From Escherichia coli (GTDB taxonomy: Bacteria; Pseudomonadota; Gammaproteobacteria; Enterobacterales; Enterobacteriaceae), in assembly GCF_036507355.1 (NCBI RefSeq), contig NZ_AP027877.1: a stretch of 64,000 nucleotides of DNA. One strand, given 5' to 3'. Below, one piece after another: positions 16,313 through 26,773 of the stretch. Every line of letters begins with the position of its first letter. The stretch's first letter is position 1. The translations under genes were made by a program, and so were the position numbers. The notes below the pieces were generated by a model. It ran no database searches and had not been told where the DNA came from. It saw only the letters and a list, made by a program, of their open reading frames with translations.

Positions 16313-18031
16313 ATGCGTACTAGCCAATACCTGCTCTCCACTCTCAAGGAGACACCTGCCGACGCCGAGGTGATCAGCCATCAGCTGATGCTGCGCGCCG
16401 GGATGATCCGCAAGCTGGCCTCCGGGTTATATACCTGGCTGCCGACCGGCGTGCGCGTTCTGAAAAAAGTCGAAAACATCGTGCGTGAAGAGATGAACAA
16501 CGCCGGTGCAATCGAGGTGTCGATGCCGGTGGTTCAGCCAGCCGATTTGTGGCAAGAGAGTGGTCGTTGGGAACAGTACGGTCCGGAACTGCTGCGTTTT
16601 GTTGACCGTGGCGAGCGTCCGTTCGTACTCGGCCCAACTCATGAAGAAGTTATCACTGACCTGATTCGTAACGAGCTTAGCTCTTACAAACAGCTGCCGC
16701 TGAACTTCTATCAGATCCAGACCAAGTTCCGCGACGAAGTACGTCCGCGTTTCGGCGTCATGCGTTCCCGCGAATTCCTGATGAAAGATGCTTACTCTTT
16801 TCATACTTCTCAGGAATCCCTGCAGGAAACCTACGATGCAATGTATGCGGCCTACAGCAAAATCTTCAGCCGCATGGGGCTGGATTTCCGCGCCGTACAG
16901 GCCGACACCGGTTCTATCGGCGGCAGCGCCTCTCACGAATTCCAGGTGCTGGCGCAGAGCGGTGAAGACGATGTGGTCTTCTCCGACACCTCTGACTATG
17001 CAGCGAACATTGAACTGGCAGAAGCTATCGCGCCGAAAGAACCGCGCGCTGCTGCTACCCAGGAAATGACGCTGGTTGATACGCCGAACGCGAAAACCAT
17101 CGCGGAACTGGTTGAACAGTTCAATCTGCCGATTGAGAAAACGGTTAAGACTCTGCTGGTTAAAGCGGTTGAAGGCAGTAGCTTCCCGCTGGTTGCGCTG
17201 CTGGTGCGCGGTGACCACGAACTGAACGAAGTTAAAGCAGAAAAACTGCCGCAGGTTGCAAGCCCGCTGACTTTCGCGACCGAAGAAGAAATTCGTGCCG
17301 TGGTTAACGCCGGTCCGGGTTCACTGGGTCCGGTAAACATGCCGATTCCGGTGGTGATTGACCGTACCGTTGCGGCGATGAGTGATTTCGCTGCTGGTGC
17401 TAACATCGATGGTAAACACTACTTCGGCATCAACTGGGATCGCGATGTCGCTACCCCGGAAGTTGCGGATATCCGTAACGTGGTGGCTGGCGATCCAAGC
17501 CCGGATGGCCAGGGTACGCTGCTGATCAAACGTGGTATCGAAGTTGGTCACATCTTCCAGCTGGGTACCAAGTACTCCGAAGCACTGAAAGCCTCCGTAC
17601 AGGGTGAAGATGGCCGTAACCAAATCCTGACTATGGGTTGCTACGGTATCGGGGTAACGCGCGTAGTGGCTGCGGCGATTGAGCAGAACTACGACGAGCG
17701 CGGCATCGTATGGCCTGACGCGATCGCGCCGTTCCAGGTAGCGATTCTGCCGATGAACATGCACAAATCCTTCCGCGTACAAGAGCTTGCTGAGAAACTG
17801 TACAGCGAACTGCGTGCACAAGGTATCGAAGTGCTGCTGGATGACCGCAAAGAGCGTCCGGGCGTGATGTTTGCTGATATGGAACTGATCGGTATTCCGC
17901 ACACTATTGTGCTGGGCGACCGTAACCTCGACAACGACGATATCGAATATAAATATCGTCGTAACGGCGAGAAACAGTTAATTAAGACCGGTGACATCGT
18001 CGATTATCTGGTAAAACAGATTAAAGGCTGA
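16313..18031 (+). CDS. proS: prolyl-tRNA synthetase
   Basis: ORF track 16259..18031 begins at an upstream TTG; the ATG at 16313 ([20 protein letters not shown]...) gives the expected 572-aa protein. Confidence 0.93.
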   Translation: MRTSQYLLSTLKETPADAEVISHQLMLRAGMIRKLASGLYTWLPTGVRVLKKVENIVREEMNNAGAIEVSMPVVQPADLWQESGRWEQYGPELLRFVDRGERPFVLGPTHEEVITDLIRNELSSYKQLPLNFYQIQTKFRDEVRPRFGVMRSREFLMKDAYSFHTSQESLQETYDAMYAAYSKIFSRMGLDFRAVQADTGSIGGSASHEFQVLAQSGEDDVVFSDTSDYAANIELAEAIAPKEPRAAATQEMTLVDTPNAKTIAELVEQFNLPIEKTVKTLLVKAVEGSSFPLVALLVRGDHELNEVKAEKLPQVASPLTFATEEEIRAVVNAGPGSLGPVNMPIPVVIDRTVAAMSDFAAGANIDGKHYFGINWDRDVATPEVADIRNVVAGDPSPDGQGTLLIKRGIEVGHIFQLGTKYSEALKASVQGEDGRNQILTMGCYGIGVTRVVAAAIEQNYDERGIVWPDAIAPFQVAILPMNMHKSFRVQELAEKLYSELRAQGIEVLLDDRKERPGVMFADMELIGIPHTIVLGDRNLDNDDIEYKYRRNGEKQLIKTGDIVDYLVKQIKG

Positions 18032-18040
18032 TGCCAGAAA

Positions 18041-18068
18041 GGGTCCTGATTTCAGGGCCCTTTTTTAC
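18041..18068 (+). terminator. rho-independent terminator after proS
   Basis: Hairpin gggtcctgatttcagggccc followed by T7. Confidence 0.6.
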
Positions 18069-18390
18069 AGGGATTGTATAAAATGGATAAACCAAAGGCG
18101 CACTACCGCCTGTTTCTCCCCTGCTTTCTTTTGCTTTCGGCCTGCACCGTTGATATCAGACAACCAGACTCATCAGCCACAGCGGTAGATGCTGAGGCGA
18201 AAACATGGGCAGTCAAATTCCAGCATCAAAGCTCTTTCACCGAACAATCAATAAAAGAAATAACTGAAACCGATCTCAAACCCGGCGATTTGCTGTTCTC
18301 CTCAAGCCTGGGGGTAACCTCATTTGGTATCCGGGTATTCAGCACTTTGAGGTGTACTGGCAATAGCGGACACTACCATTTGTTCTTTTT

Positions 18391-19209
18391 TTAAGCAGCC
18401 ATCTGATGATATTTTTCCCTGAAGGCTGCCGGGGAGATATTCCCCAGACGAGAGTGACGACGCTGACGATTGTAGAAAATCTCAATGTATTCCCGTATTA
18501 CTGAGATGGCTTCATCCCGGTTATTAAAACGATAGTGGCTCAGGCTCTCATTTTTCAGCGTTCCCCAGAAGCTTTCCATCGGAGCGTTGTCGTAACAGTT
18601 ACCTTTACGCGACATTGATGTTTTCAGACCAAACTGCTCCTGTATGACCCGGTAATCGTATGCGCAGTACTGTGAACCTCGATCAGAGTGGTGGATTAGC
18701 CCGACAGGTGGGCGCTGGCTCCTGAGCGCCATAAACAGGGCTTTACCTGTCAGCTCTTTTGTCATGCGCTCTCCCATGGCGTAGCCGACAATTTCGCACG
18801 TATAAACATCTTTGATGCCAGCGAGGTACAACCATCCCTCCTGTGTGGCAACATACGTCAGGTCCGCCACCCAGACCTGATTTGGTGCTGTAGGAGCGAA
18901 CGTCTGGTTCAGCAGATTTGGCGCAACTGGCAGATTGTGGTTCGAGTTCGTAGTCGCTCTGAACTTGCGTTTCTGCTTACAGCGTAGCCTTAGCTCCTTA
19001 CGAAGACGTGCCAGTCGGTCACGACCAACGATGATGCCATTCTCTGCCAGCTCCGTCTGGAGCCGCCGGGTTCCATATGTTTCGCGAGTGCGGATATGTG
19101 CCACCTTAATCTCCAGTTTTAGCCGCTCATCACTTTGTTTTCTGTCTGAGGGTTCATGCTGTACCCAGTTGTAATAACCGCTCCTGGATACACCAAATAC
19201 CTGACACAT
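18391..19209 (-). CDS. IS3-family transposase OrfB (DDE integrase domain), expressed as OrfAB fusion by -1 frameshift
   Basis: 272-aa ORF with rve/DDE catalytic region (…HHSDRGSQYCAYDY… NCYDNAPMESFWGTLKNE…); coordinates are the ORF from first in-frame start, the true reading frame begins upstream at the slippery site. Confidence 0.85.
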   Translation of the reverse strand: MCQVFGVSRSGYYNWVQHEPSDRKQSDERLKLEIKVAHIRTRETYGTRRLQTELAENGIIVGRDRLARLRKELRLRCKQKRKFRATTNSNHNLPVAPNLLNQTFAPTAPNQVWVADLTYVATQEGWLYLAGIKDVYTCEIVGYAMGERMTKELTGKALFMALRSQRPPVGLIHHSDRGSQYCAYDYRVIQEQFGLKTSMSRKGNCYDNAPMESFWGTLKNESLSHYRFNNRDEAISVIREYIEIFYNRQRRHSRLGNISPAAFREKYHQMAA

Positions 19210-19244
19210 CGCTTCAATGGGAAATTGTTGTCGCCATTGTTCGA

Positions 19245-19547
19245 TTAACGCGTATTTTTCAGCGACTCCTGTGCAAAATACGCTGTTGCTTTTTTTAATA
19301 TATCTCGCTCAAGGCGAGCTTCATTTAACGCCTTACGCAGTTGCAGAATTTCAGATTCCAGTTCAGCCACCGTGCGGGAACCAGGAGTACCGAGCCCTTT
19401 TCTGGCGGCGGTAACCCATTGTCCTAAAGTGCCTTCAGGAAGAGATAATCGGGAAGCGCCTTCACTGATCGAAAGTTGATTTTCAAGAACCGTTCTGACA
19501 GCTTCGGCTTTGAACTCTTTAGAGTAACGTTGGGTTTTTCTGCTCAT
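19245..19547 (-). CDS. IS3-family transposase OrfA (HTH DNA-binding, leucine zipper)
   Basis: 100-aa ORF MSRKTQRYSKEFKAEAVRTV...; ends just after an A-rich slippery sequence. Confidence 0.85.
   Translation of the reverse strand: MSRKTQRYSKEFKAEAVRTVLENQLSISEGASRLSLPEGTLGQWVTAARKGLGTPGSRTVAELESEILQLRKALNEARLERDILKKATAYFAQESLKNTR
19287..19296 (-). other. programmed -1 ribosomal frameshift site of the IS (A-rich slippery sequence TTAAAAAAAG)
   Basis: OrfA codons tta aaa aaa gca (LKKA) lie where the orfB frame overlaps; typical IS3-family A AAA AAG-type motif. Confidence 0.6.
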
Positions 19548-20179
19548 TATTAGCTCCTTCTGATGCCATTCTATTTCAGGAAGGAGTGTCCGTTAAACTC
19601 AGGCTACCTCACTTCTTCCGTCAGTCATGTGGCTATCTATCTGGGTGATAATAACGTTGCAGAAGCGACGGGCGCTGGCGTCCAGATTGTTTCCCTTAAA
19701 AAAGCCATGAAGCACAGTGATAAGCTTTTCGTCTTACGAGTCCCGGACCTTACCCCGCAACAAGCCTCAGATATCGCCGCATTCGCCAATAAAATCAAAG
19801 ATAGCGGTTATAACTATCGCGGCATTGTCGAGTTCATTCCCTTTATGGTGACCCGCCAGATGTGCTCACTAAATCCGTTCTCCGAGGATTTTCGCCAACA
19901 GTGCGTCAGCGGCCTGGCGAAAGCGCAGTTAAGCAGTGTGGGCGAAGGAGACAAAAAGTCGTGGTTTTGTTCGGAATTTGTCACTGATGCATTTGCCAAA
20001 GCCGGGCATCCGCTTACGCTGGCGCAATCGGGCTGGATTAGCCCTGCCGATCTGATGCATATGCGTACTGGCGATGTCTCTGCGTTTAAGCCCGAAACGC
20101 AGTTACAGTATGTTGGGCACCTGAAGCCAGGGATTTATATCAAGGCGGGTCGCTTTGTTGGTTTGACCCGGTGATAAAG

Positions 20180-20300
<121 letters not shown>

Positions 20301-20373
20301 AAAACGTGCAAATTCAAAATGTTGAAATATATCCTTCTGGCCTGTTTTGCGTTTGTTTCTGTCTCAAGACGGG

Positions 20374-21084
20374 TTACTGCCCCAAACTACTGCAATCCTT
20401 GTTTGGGTAAAATTTACCTGCCGTATCGGGCGCTAATACTTTGGTTGGCGCACCGGTATCCGGATTAGCCTCAAGCGTAAAGTGACCTTCTACTGACAGT
20501 AACACCGGTTTTTCACTGTGACCGCGCGCAGCCAGGTAGCCACGCTCCAGCTCTGCGTTATTCGCTACCATGAAACGTTTTCCGGTCGCGCAATCAGTGA
20601 AGGTCGCCGCATCAGCCATATAAAAATACATGCCCCGCAGGGTCATCGGCGTCATGGGTAAACTGGATTGTGCCGGTTCCAGCGTATAGTTGAATTGCGA
20701 TTCAATCGGATTGCCTTCACGATCGAGCATCTCCAGCGCATCGCCTTTCGCCCGATAATATGACTTTTCACCTTTGCTGTCGGTTAATACCAGCTTGTCA
20801 GCGGTTCGCGCCCATGTACCGTAGGAAGCGAAGGAGGAAGGTTCTTCACGAGCACCGAGATAACGCTCATTCATCACCCATGTTCCGTCTTTTTCGAGGA
20901 ACAGAGAGGTTTCGATTCCTTCGCAATCGGCACACGGCAGCACGCCGCGCCAACTTTGCGGCATCGGTTTCAGTTCGGCAGCCTGCGCCGGAGAAAGCGT
21001 ATCGACTTCGGCCCGATTATTACAACCCATCAGAGTAAAGAGGCTGATTACAGCCATCGCTGTCACTATCGCTTTTTTCACCAT
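20374..21084 (-). CDS. nlpE: envelope-stress/copper-homeostasis outer-membrane lipoprotein NlpE (CutF)
   Basis: 236-aa ORF, ATG start; lipobox LFTLMGCNN; CxxC motif LPCADCEG. Confidence 0.92.
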   Translation of the reverse strand: MVKKAIVTAMAVISLFTLMGCNNRAEVDTLSPAQAAELKPMPQSWRGVLPCADCEGIETSLFLEKDGTWVMNERYLGAREEPSSFASYGTWARTADKLVLTDSKGEKSYYRAKGDALEMLDREGNPIESQFNYTLEPAQSSLPMTPMTLRGMYFYMADAATFTDCATGKRFMVANNAELERGYLAARGHSEKPVLLSVEGHFTLEANPDTGAPTKVLAPDTAGKFYPNKDCSSLGQ

Positions 21085-21097
21085 CCATTCCTTCTTT

Positions 21098-21520
21098 TTA
21101 TTCCTGACCGCTGCGTACTTTGCCGCGCATCGCCTTCACGCTTGATTTTTGTGCTTTCGATGCCAGCCTGCGCTCTTTCGATGCACGGGTGGGCCGCGTG
21201 GGTCGTCGGGCTTTTTGTTCTGTTGTTAAATCTTTAATCACTGCCACCAGCCGGGCCAGCGCCGCTTCGCGGTTCAGTTCCTGATTGCGGTATTCCTGTG
21301 CCTTAATGACAATTACGCCATCACTGCTGATCAAATGATGGCTGGCGGCGAGCAGACTCTCTTTGTAATACTCTGGCAGGCTGGATGCCCGAATGTCAAA
21401 ACGCAGATGAATGGCCGTTGAGGTCTTATTAACATGCTGCCCGCCCGCGCCCTGCGCACGAATGGCGGTGATCTCAAGCTCACCATCGGGAATAGCAACA
21501 TGTCGGGAAATCACAATCAT
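21098..21520 (-). CDS. arfB: peptidyl-tRNA hydrolase ArfB (YaeJ), alternative ribosome rescue factor
   Basis: 140-aa ORF with GGQ motif ([15 protein letters not shown]) and basic C-terminal tail. Confidence 0.93.
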   Translation of the reverse strand: MIVISRHVAIPDGELEITAIRAQGAGGQHVNKTSTAIHLRFDIRASSLPEYYKESLLAASHHLISSDGVIVIKAQEYRNQELNREAALARLVAVIKDLTTEQKARRPTRPTRASKERRLASKAQKSSVKAMRGKVRSGQE

Positions 21521-22062
21521 GAAGGTTGTTGCCAGGCGGTTAAGTTCACTTCCAGATTATTCTTATCATCCGATAACCAGATCACGCCATCCTGAATCGT
21601 TGCCTGCAGCGTCATGGTACGATCGGCAAAGGCGCTTACTTTCGCCAGTTGTTCATCGTCCAGATACCAGACGGAAAGATTGGCAAACTGCACACATTTG
21701 CTCTGATTTTGCTGCCACCAGATTTGCGCCGCCCGACTATTATAGGTAAACAGCGCCACTTCTGCGGCCTGGGTGCAGGCTTTCTTAATCCGCCGCTCAT
21801 CCGGCAGCCCCAGCTCAATCCACAAATCAATGCCCAGGTGATCGTTACGCAGCCACGCTTCCGGCTCATCATCGGCACACAAACCACGGGTAAATTGCAG
21901 ACGTTCATCAGCATATTTCAGCCACGCCAGCAAGCGCAGCATCATACGCTCCTGGGTTTCTGAAGGGTGGCGCGCCAGCGTCAGAGAGGCATCGAGAAAC
22001 TGGTTGCGGTCGAGATCGGCCACATTAACCGTCGCTTTATAAATTGTCGCTTTAAGCGCCAT
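21517..22062 (-). CDS. yaeQ: conserved protein YaeQ
   Basis: 181-aa ORF, ATG start, 4-bp overlap with arfB; synteny. Confidence 0.9.
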   Translation of the reverse strand: MALKATIYKATVNVADLDRNQFLDASLTLARHPSETQERMMLRLLAWLKYADERLQFTRGLCADDEPEAWLRNDHLGIDLWIELGLPDERRIKKACTQAAEVALFTYNSRAAQIWWQQNQSKCVQFANLSVWYLDDEQLAKVSAFADRTMTLQATIQDGVIWLSDDKNNLEVNLTAWQQPS

Positions 22063-22227
22063 AAGAAAACTCCTTTCGAATCAGGAGGCCATTGTAACGG
22101 AATACGTGCAGTTGCGGCGCTGATATTGCAGAAATGAGTGTGGTATAGTCACCTTGCGAAACAGAGTTTATCTTCGTAGGCTTAGACTTGCATCCACGGT
22201 TAAGTCAGAGTGCTGACAGGAGGGCAT

Positions 22228-22428
22228 GTGGAAAAATATTGTGAGTTAATACGCAAGCGGTACGCGGAAATCGCCAGCGGAGACTTAGGATACGTTCCGG
22301 ACGCGCTGGGCTGCGTTTTGAAAGTGCTGAATGAAATGGCTGCCGACGACGCCCTTTCTGAGGCTGTCAGGGAAAAAGCAGCATACGCTGCGGCAAACTT
22401 ACTGGTGAGCGATTATGTCAATGAATGA
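22228..22428 (+). CDS. yaeP: small protein YaeP (UPF0253)
   Basis: 66-aa protein from GTG at 22228 ([28 protein letters not shown]...); ORF track starts 6 codons earlier at another alternative start. Confidence 0.75.
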
Positions 22429-22675
22429 TACGTATCAACCAATCAATTGTGATGATTACGATAATCTTGAGCTCGCCTGCCAGCATCATTTAATGCTGAC
22501 ACTTGAGCTGAAAGATGGCGAAAAATTGCAGGCAAAAGCCAGCGATTTAGTCTCCCGCAAAAATGTGGAGTATCTGGTCGTCGAGGCCGCTGGCGAAACC
22601 CGTGAGCTACGTCTGGATAAAATTACCAGCTTTAGCCACCCGGAAATCGGTACGGTGGTGGTGAGCGAGTCCTGA
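22421..22675 (+). CDS. rof: Rho-binding antiterminator Rof (YaeO)
   Basis: 84-aa protein [35 protein letters not shown]...; overlaps yaeP stop. Confidence 0.85.
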
Positions 22676-22727
22676 TTGACTTTCGCCGGATGCGACGCTT
22701 AATGCGTCATATCCGGCCTTCACTTAA

Positions 22728-24023
22728 CTAAGCGTTTCGCTGCCAGACAAAACTTATGCCATTCTCACCTTCAGCCACACCTTCTTGCGTCACAAATACC
22801 CCTGCCGCCGCAATCAGCGTTTCGCCATAAAACAGCAGTGGCGTGGTGTCACGTAGCCACGGCGGCACGCCCAGCTCTTGCCAGATTTTCTTTAGCTTAC
22901 GTCCGCCGTTACGCCCGACAATATGCAGCAATCCTGGCGCTTTGAAACGCACGCTGACCGCTTCGTCTGCACGCGGAGGGCGAATAGCACCTCCCGCATT
23001 AAGCTGTACACTTCCCAGCCCCGCCGGTAATTCCAGCGGTTGAAGCCACGTCTGCCACGGCACAATGTTTTCGCTTTGCCCGGTGACGGATTTAATCCAC
23101 CACAGTTGCGACTGATAGCGTCGGATTTCAAACGCGCCCAAACGTAAACAGGGGGAGGCATCTTCCCGCGCCAGCGCCACTTCCTGCCAGATCCTCACCA
23201 ACGCGTCGCGGGAAGGCATCGGTGCATTCTGCCCTGCCAGCCAGCGGCGGATAATCGCCGCGCGGCGGGCATCACTCATCGCCAGCATTGGCACAATCTG
23301 CAGCGTCCCCTGCGGCGATTGACAGTGTGCTAAATCATCCGCCAGCAGTTCATCCAACAGGCTCTCTTGTTCAGCACAAAGTGCGGCGCTGCGGGCCGTT
23401 GCTTCGGCAAAATGCGGCCAACGCTGCTGCAATAACGGCACTATGCGCAGGCGCAGAAAGTTACGATCATATGAGTCGTCCTGATTACTTTCGTCTTCAA
23501 TCCAGCGTAAACCATGCGCCAATGCCCACTGCTCCAGTTCCCCCCGCGTGCGGGCGAGCAACGGGCGGATAAGCCGTGTTCCGGCAAACTCCGAAACTTC
23601 CCCCATAGCCGAAAGCCCGGCAGGACCGCTACCGCGTTTTAGCGCCAGCAGAAAAGTTTCACATTGATCGTCGAGATGTTGCGCAGTGACCAGCACTTCA
23701 CCGGGTAACAGGGTACGAGCAAATGCCTGATAACGCGCCTGCCGCGCCTGGGCCTCAATGCCCAGTCCTTCTTGCGCAAGTTGCACGCGCTCGACCAACA
23801 GCGGCACCAGCCACTGTTGGCAGATGTTCTCGCAATGCATAACCCAGGCGTCGGCATTGGCACTTAAACCGTGATGCACATGAATAGCGCGCAGAGTGAC
23901 GCCCGGATTTTCCGCCCGCCACTGCACCAACTGATGCAGCAGAACGGTGGAGTCAAGCCCGCCGCTAAAGGCCACCAGAATCTGGCGTGAGGTGAGAAGT
24001 TGTCTTTTGAGCGTGAGTGTCAT
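22728..24023 (-). CDS. tilS: tRNA(Ile)-lysidine synthetase
   Basis: 431-aa ORF, ATG start; PP-loop ATPase motif SGGLDS. Confidence 0.92.
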   Translation of the reverse strand: MTLTLKRQLLTSRQILVAFSGGLDSTVLLHQLVQWRAENPGVTLRAIHVHHGLSANADAWVMHCENICQQWLVPLLVERVQLAQEGLGIEAQARQARYQAFARTLLPGEVLVTAQHLDDQCETFLLALKRGSGPAGLSAMGEVSEFAGTRLIRPLLARTRGELEQWALAHGLRWIEDESNQDDSYDRNFLRLRIVPLLQQRWPHFAEATARSAALCAEQESLLDELLADDLAHCQSPQGTLQIVPMLAMSDARRAAIIRRWLAGQNAPMPSRDALVRIWQEVALAREDASPCLRLGAFEIRRYQSQLWWIKSVTGQSENIVPWQTWLQPLELPAGLGSVQLNAGGAIRPPRADEAVSVRFKAPGLLHIVGRNGGRKLKKIWQELGVPPWLRDTTPLLFYGETLIAAAGVFVTQEGVAEGENGISFVWQRNA

Positions 24024-24087
24024 GATGGTGCAATTTTACAGTAGCAATGCCCGGCACGTTACCGGGCAAATGCGGCGATGACAAGCC

Positions 24088-24477
24088 TTACTGCTCATAC
24101 AGTTCCAACGGCAGCCCGTCCGGATCGTTAAAGAAGGTGAAGCGTTTTTGCGTGTATGGATCGACACGGATGGCTTCACACTTCACGTTATGGCTTTCAA
24201 GGTGCGCCACTGCCGCATCGATGTCATCAACGCTAAAAGCCAGATGACGCAGGCCGCAAGCTTCCGGTCGGCTGGGGCGCTCCGGCGGGAACGGAAATGA
24301 GAAAAGCTCAATCACATATTGCCCATTAAGCGCCAAATCCCCTTTCCACGAGTCGCGCGCTTCGCGATAGACTTCGCTTTGCAGCGTGAAACCAAGAATA
24401 TCGCAGTAGAAAGCTTTGCTCACCGCATAATCCGTCGCAATAATCGCAATATGGTGAACCTGTTTTAAACCCAGCAT
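24088..24477 (-). CDS. yaeR: glyoxalase/VOC-family protein YaeR
   Basis: 129-aa protein from MLGLKQVHHIAIIATDY...; ORF track begins 9 codons upstream at an alternative start. Confidence 0.85.
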   Translation of the reverse strand: MLGLKQVHHIAIIATDYAVSKAFYCDILGFTLQSEVYREARDSWKGDLALNGQYVIELFSFPFPPERPSRPEACGLRHLAFSVDDIDAAVAHLESHNVKCEAIRVDPYTQKRFTFFNDPDGLPLELYEQ

Positions 24478-24533
24478 AACGTCTCCTTTATTTGTTAACA
24501 GCACGTTACTCGCCCGGAAGCCGCTCTGGCAAG

Positions 24534-26675
24534 TTATCCCGCCATTTTTAGGACTCGTACGCGGTAAACGCCGTCTTCGTCCTGTTTCGCGCCGTGAATA
24601 TCCGTTTCAAAACCGGGGTAATGTTGCCCTACGGAACAAAGCATCAGTAGAAAATCGAGTACCGTGCGGCTCTCTTTGGTCAGCATTTCTCCAGGCATCA
24701 ACAGCGGTACGCCAGGAGGATAAGGCAGGATCATATTTGCCGATACTCTACCGACCAGTTGTTCCAGCGCAATGGTTTCTACTTCACCTTTAATCTGTCT
24801 CTGCCATGCCTGATGTGGCGTCATGATCATCTCCGGCAAAGTATCGAATGCCCGCAACATCAAACCGGGAAGATCGTGTTTACGAATTAGCTTATGGATC
24901 CCTTGCGCCAGATCCTGAATACGCATATTGCGGTAGAAATCGGGATCTTCTGCGTACAGATCCGGAAGCATATTTTTGATTCGCAGATTGAGATCGTAAG
25001 AGCGTTTAAATTCCGTCAACCCACGCAATAATCCCATTGCTTTGGTTTTATCGATGCCAATACTAAAGAGAAACAGCAGGTTATATGGGCCGGTTTTCTC
25101 TACCACGATCCCACGCTCATCGAGGAACTTCGCCACCAGCGCCGCCGGGATCCCCTCCTCGCTCATATTGCCCTGCTCGTCCATCCCCGGCGTCAGAATA
25201 GTGACTTTAACCGGATCGAGGAACATATGATCGGCATCCGCATCGTTAAAGCCGTGCCATTGTTCGCCAGGCGCAACGGGCCAGCATTCGGCCTCATCCA
25301 CCTGCGGCGGTTGCCAGATATCGAAAAACCAACCGTCAGACTCTTCCCGCAGCCGCTGGACCTCTTTGCGAAAATGCAGCGCCCGCTCCACCGAACGGTT
25401 AATCAGCCGTTTGCCCGGATTACCACGCAGCATCGCTGCTGCCGTCTCAACCGAAGCAACAATGGGATAACTGGGCGAGGTGGTGGTATGCATCATAAAG
25501 GCTTCGTTAAACGCCTCTTCGTCATACTCACCTTTAATGTGGATCAGCGAAGCCTGCGATAACGCCGCCAGCATTTTGTGGGTCGATTGCGTTTCGAAGA
25601 TCACTTTTCCCGCAACACGCTCACCGCTCATACCACTTTTACCCTGGTAGATCGGATGAAAATGGGTGTACGGCACCCAGGCAGAATCGAAGTGGATCGA
25701 GGGGACATCCAGCGTCTGTTTGATCCAGTCGGTGTTGTAGAGCAAGCCATCATAGGTGGAGTTGGTGATCACCGCATGAACCGGCCATTGTGCCTGCGTG
25801 GTGGCAGCGACTTTCTCTTCGATGCTGTCACGAGTAAATTCACGGCGCGGGATCCCACCCAGAATCCCCAACGCATTACGCGTCGGTTTCAGCCAGACTG
25901 GCACTACATCGTTCATCATCAACAGATGCGCCAGTGATTTATGGCAGTTGCGGTCGATCAACAGCGTACTGCCGGATGGCGCGGCGTACATACCCACAAT
26001 TTTGTTCGACGTCGATGTTCCGTTGGTAACGATATAACTCTGTTCCGCGCCAAAAGTCCGCGCGATGTACTCTTCCGCTTCCAGGTGTGGCCCGGTGTGG
26101 TCGAGCAACGAACCAAGCTCGGTGACCGAAATAGAGACATCAGCCTTAAGAGTATTCCCGCCGAAAAAATCATAAAACAGACAGCCAACCGGGCTTTTTT
26201 GATATGCGGTGCCGCCCATATGCCCCGGCGTACAAAAGGTGTACTTCCGCTCTTTGACGTAGGTAAACAAGGCTTTCGTGAACGGCGGTGTAATGTTATC
26301 AAGATATTCGTCGGTGTACTGACGCATACGAATGGCGATATCTTCCGCCTGCCCCAGCGCATATTCAAAAAACCAGAGCGCCATCCGCATATCCTGCACG
26401 CTGACATCCATCGTCGAGTGGGTGTTGATGAAGGCATAAAGCGGGAGATATTCATTAAGCTGATTGATATCGCTACATAAATCGAGGCTGTACTCATCCC
26501 AGTCAAAAATCACGCCGCAAATTCGAGGGTTATGTTCGATAAATTTCAGCAAATCAACGCTGTTTTGTGGCCAGATAATCTGAAAGCCTTGCGCCACCAG
26601 CGCCGACTCCAGTTCTTTGATGGGCTCATCTTTATAAAAGACGCCATGCGGTCCCATAATGGCAATGATGTTCAT
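24534..26675 (-). CDS. ldcC: constitutive lysine decarboxylase (PLP-dependent)
   Basis: 713-aa ORF, ATG start; fold-III decarboxylase PLP site (…STHKMLAA…). Confidence 0.95.
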   Translation of the reverse strand: MNIIAIMGPHGVFYKDEPIKELESALVAQGFQIIWPQNSVDLLKFIEHNPRICGVIFDWDEYSLDLCSDINQLNEYLPLYAFINTHSTMDVSVQDMRMALWFFEYALGQAEDIAIRMRQYTDEYLDNITPPFTKALFTYVKERKYTFCTPGHMGGTAYQKSPVGCLFYDFFGGNTLKADVSISVTELGSLLDHTGPHLEAEEYIARTFGAEQSYIVTNGTSTSNKIVGMYAAPSGSTLLIDRNCHKSLAHLLMMNDVVPVWLKPTRNALGILGGIPRREFTRDSIEEKVAATTQAQWPVHAVITNSTYDGLLYNTDWIKQTLDVPSIHFDSAWVPYTHFHPIYQGKSGMSGERVAGKVIFETQSTHKMLAALSQASLIHIKGEYDEEAFNEAFMMHTTTSPSYPIVASVETAAAMLRGNPGKRLINRSVERALHFRKEVQRLREESDGWFFDIWQPPQVDEAECWPVAPGEQWHGFNDADADHMFLDPVKVTILTPGMDEQGNMSEEGIPAALVAKFLDERGIVVEKTGPYNLLFLFSIGIDKTKAMGLLRGLTEFKRSYDLNLRIKNMLPDLYAEDPDFYRNMRIQDLAQGIHKLIRKHDLPGLMLRAFDTLPEMIMTPHQAWQRQIKGEVETIALEQLVGRVSANMILPYPPGVPLLMPGEMLTKESRTVLDFLLMLCSVGQHYPGFETDIHGAKQDEDGVYRVRVLKMAG

Positions 26676-26728
26676 GTGTTCCTCCTGGAAAATCCTTCCT
26701 TAATCATAGCCTGCTCAAACCGTGGCGA

Positions 26729-26756
26729 TAAAAAAGGGCCACCGAAGTGACCCTTT
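26729..26756 (-). terminator. rho-independent terminator after accA
   Basis: On minus strand: stem agggtcac..gtggccct followed by T-run. Confidence 0.55.
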
Positions 26757-26773
26757 TTCAGAACTTTTGCGAA

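Larger units (their letters stand above)
18348..19612 (-). mobile_element. IS3-family insertion sequence, IS600-like, intact, about 1.26 kb, with 3-bp target-site duplication CTT
   Basis: Terminal inverted repeats TGAGGTGTACTGGCAATAGCGGACAC (left) and TGAGGTAGCCTGAGTTTAACGGACAC (reverse complement of right end); encloses orfA and orfB; CTT present at 18345..18347 and 19613..19615. Confidence 0.85.
18083..20174 (+). pseudogene. yaeF: yaeF (NlpC/P60-like C40 peptidase lipoprotein) disrupted by IS insertion; 5' fragment 18083..18347, 3' fragment 19613..20174
   Basis: N-terminal ORF (lipoprotein signal FLLLSACTV) runs into the IS after ...GIRVFST; the downstream ORF resumes with SSVSHVAIYLGDNN...; joining the flanks across the 3-bp duplication restores one continuous frame of about 274 codons. 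Confidence 0.85.

Noticed and set aside
16427-17218. 263-aa antisense ORF inside proS, with similar long antisense frames in dnaE (29357..30127), lpxA/fabZ (33498..34184), ldcC (25941..26506), glnD, dapD and lpxD
   Set aside because: All are shadow ORFs opposite well-conserved essential genes; GC-rich coding DNA commonly gives long open frames on the opposite strand. No independent evidence of coding.
18074-18394. ORF-track 106-aa protein called as an independent gene
   Set aside because: It is the 5' fragment of yaeF reading into the IS terminal repeat until the first stop, not a separate gene; it is annotated as part of the yaeF pseudogene.
22728-24023. tilS 431 codons versus 432 recalled for K-12
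   Set aside because: Same reason: a single-codon discrepancy that may reflect my recollection or start-codon annotation; the PP-loop motif and overall length are normal.
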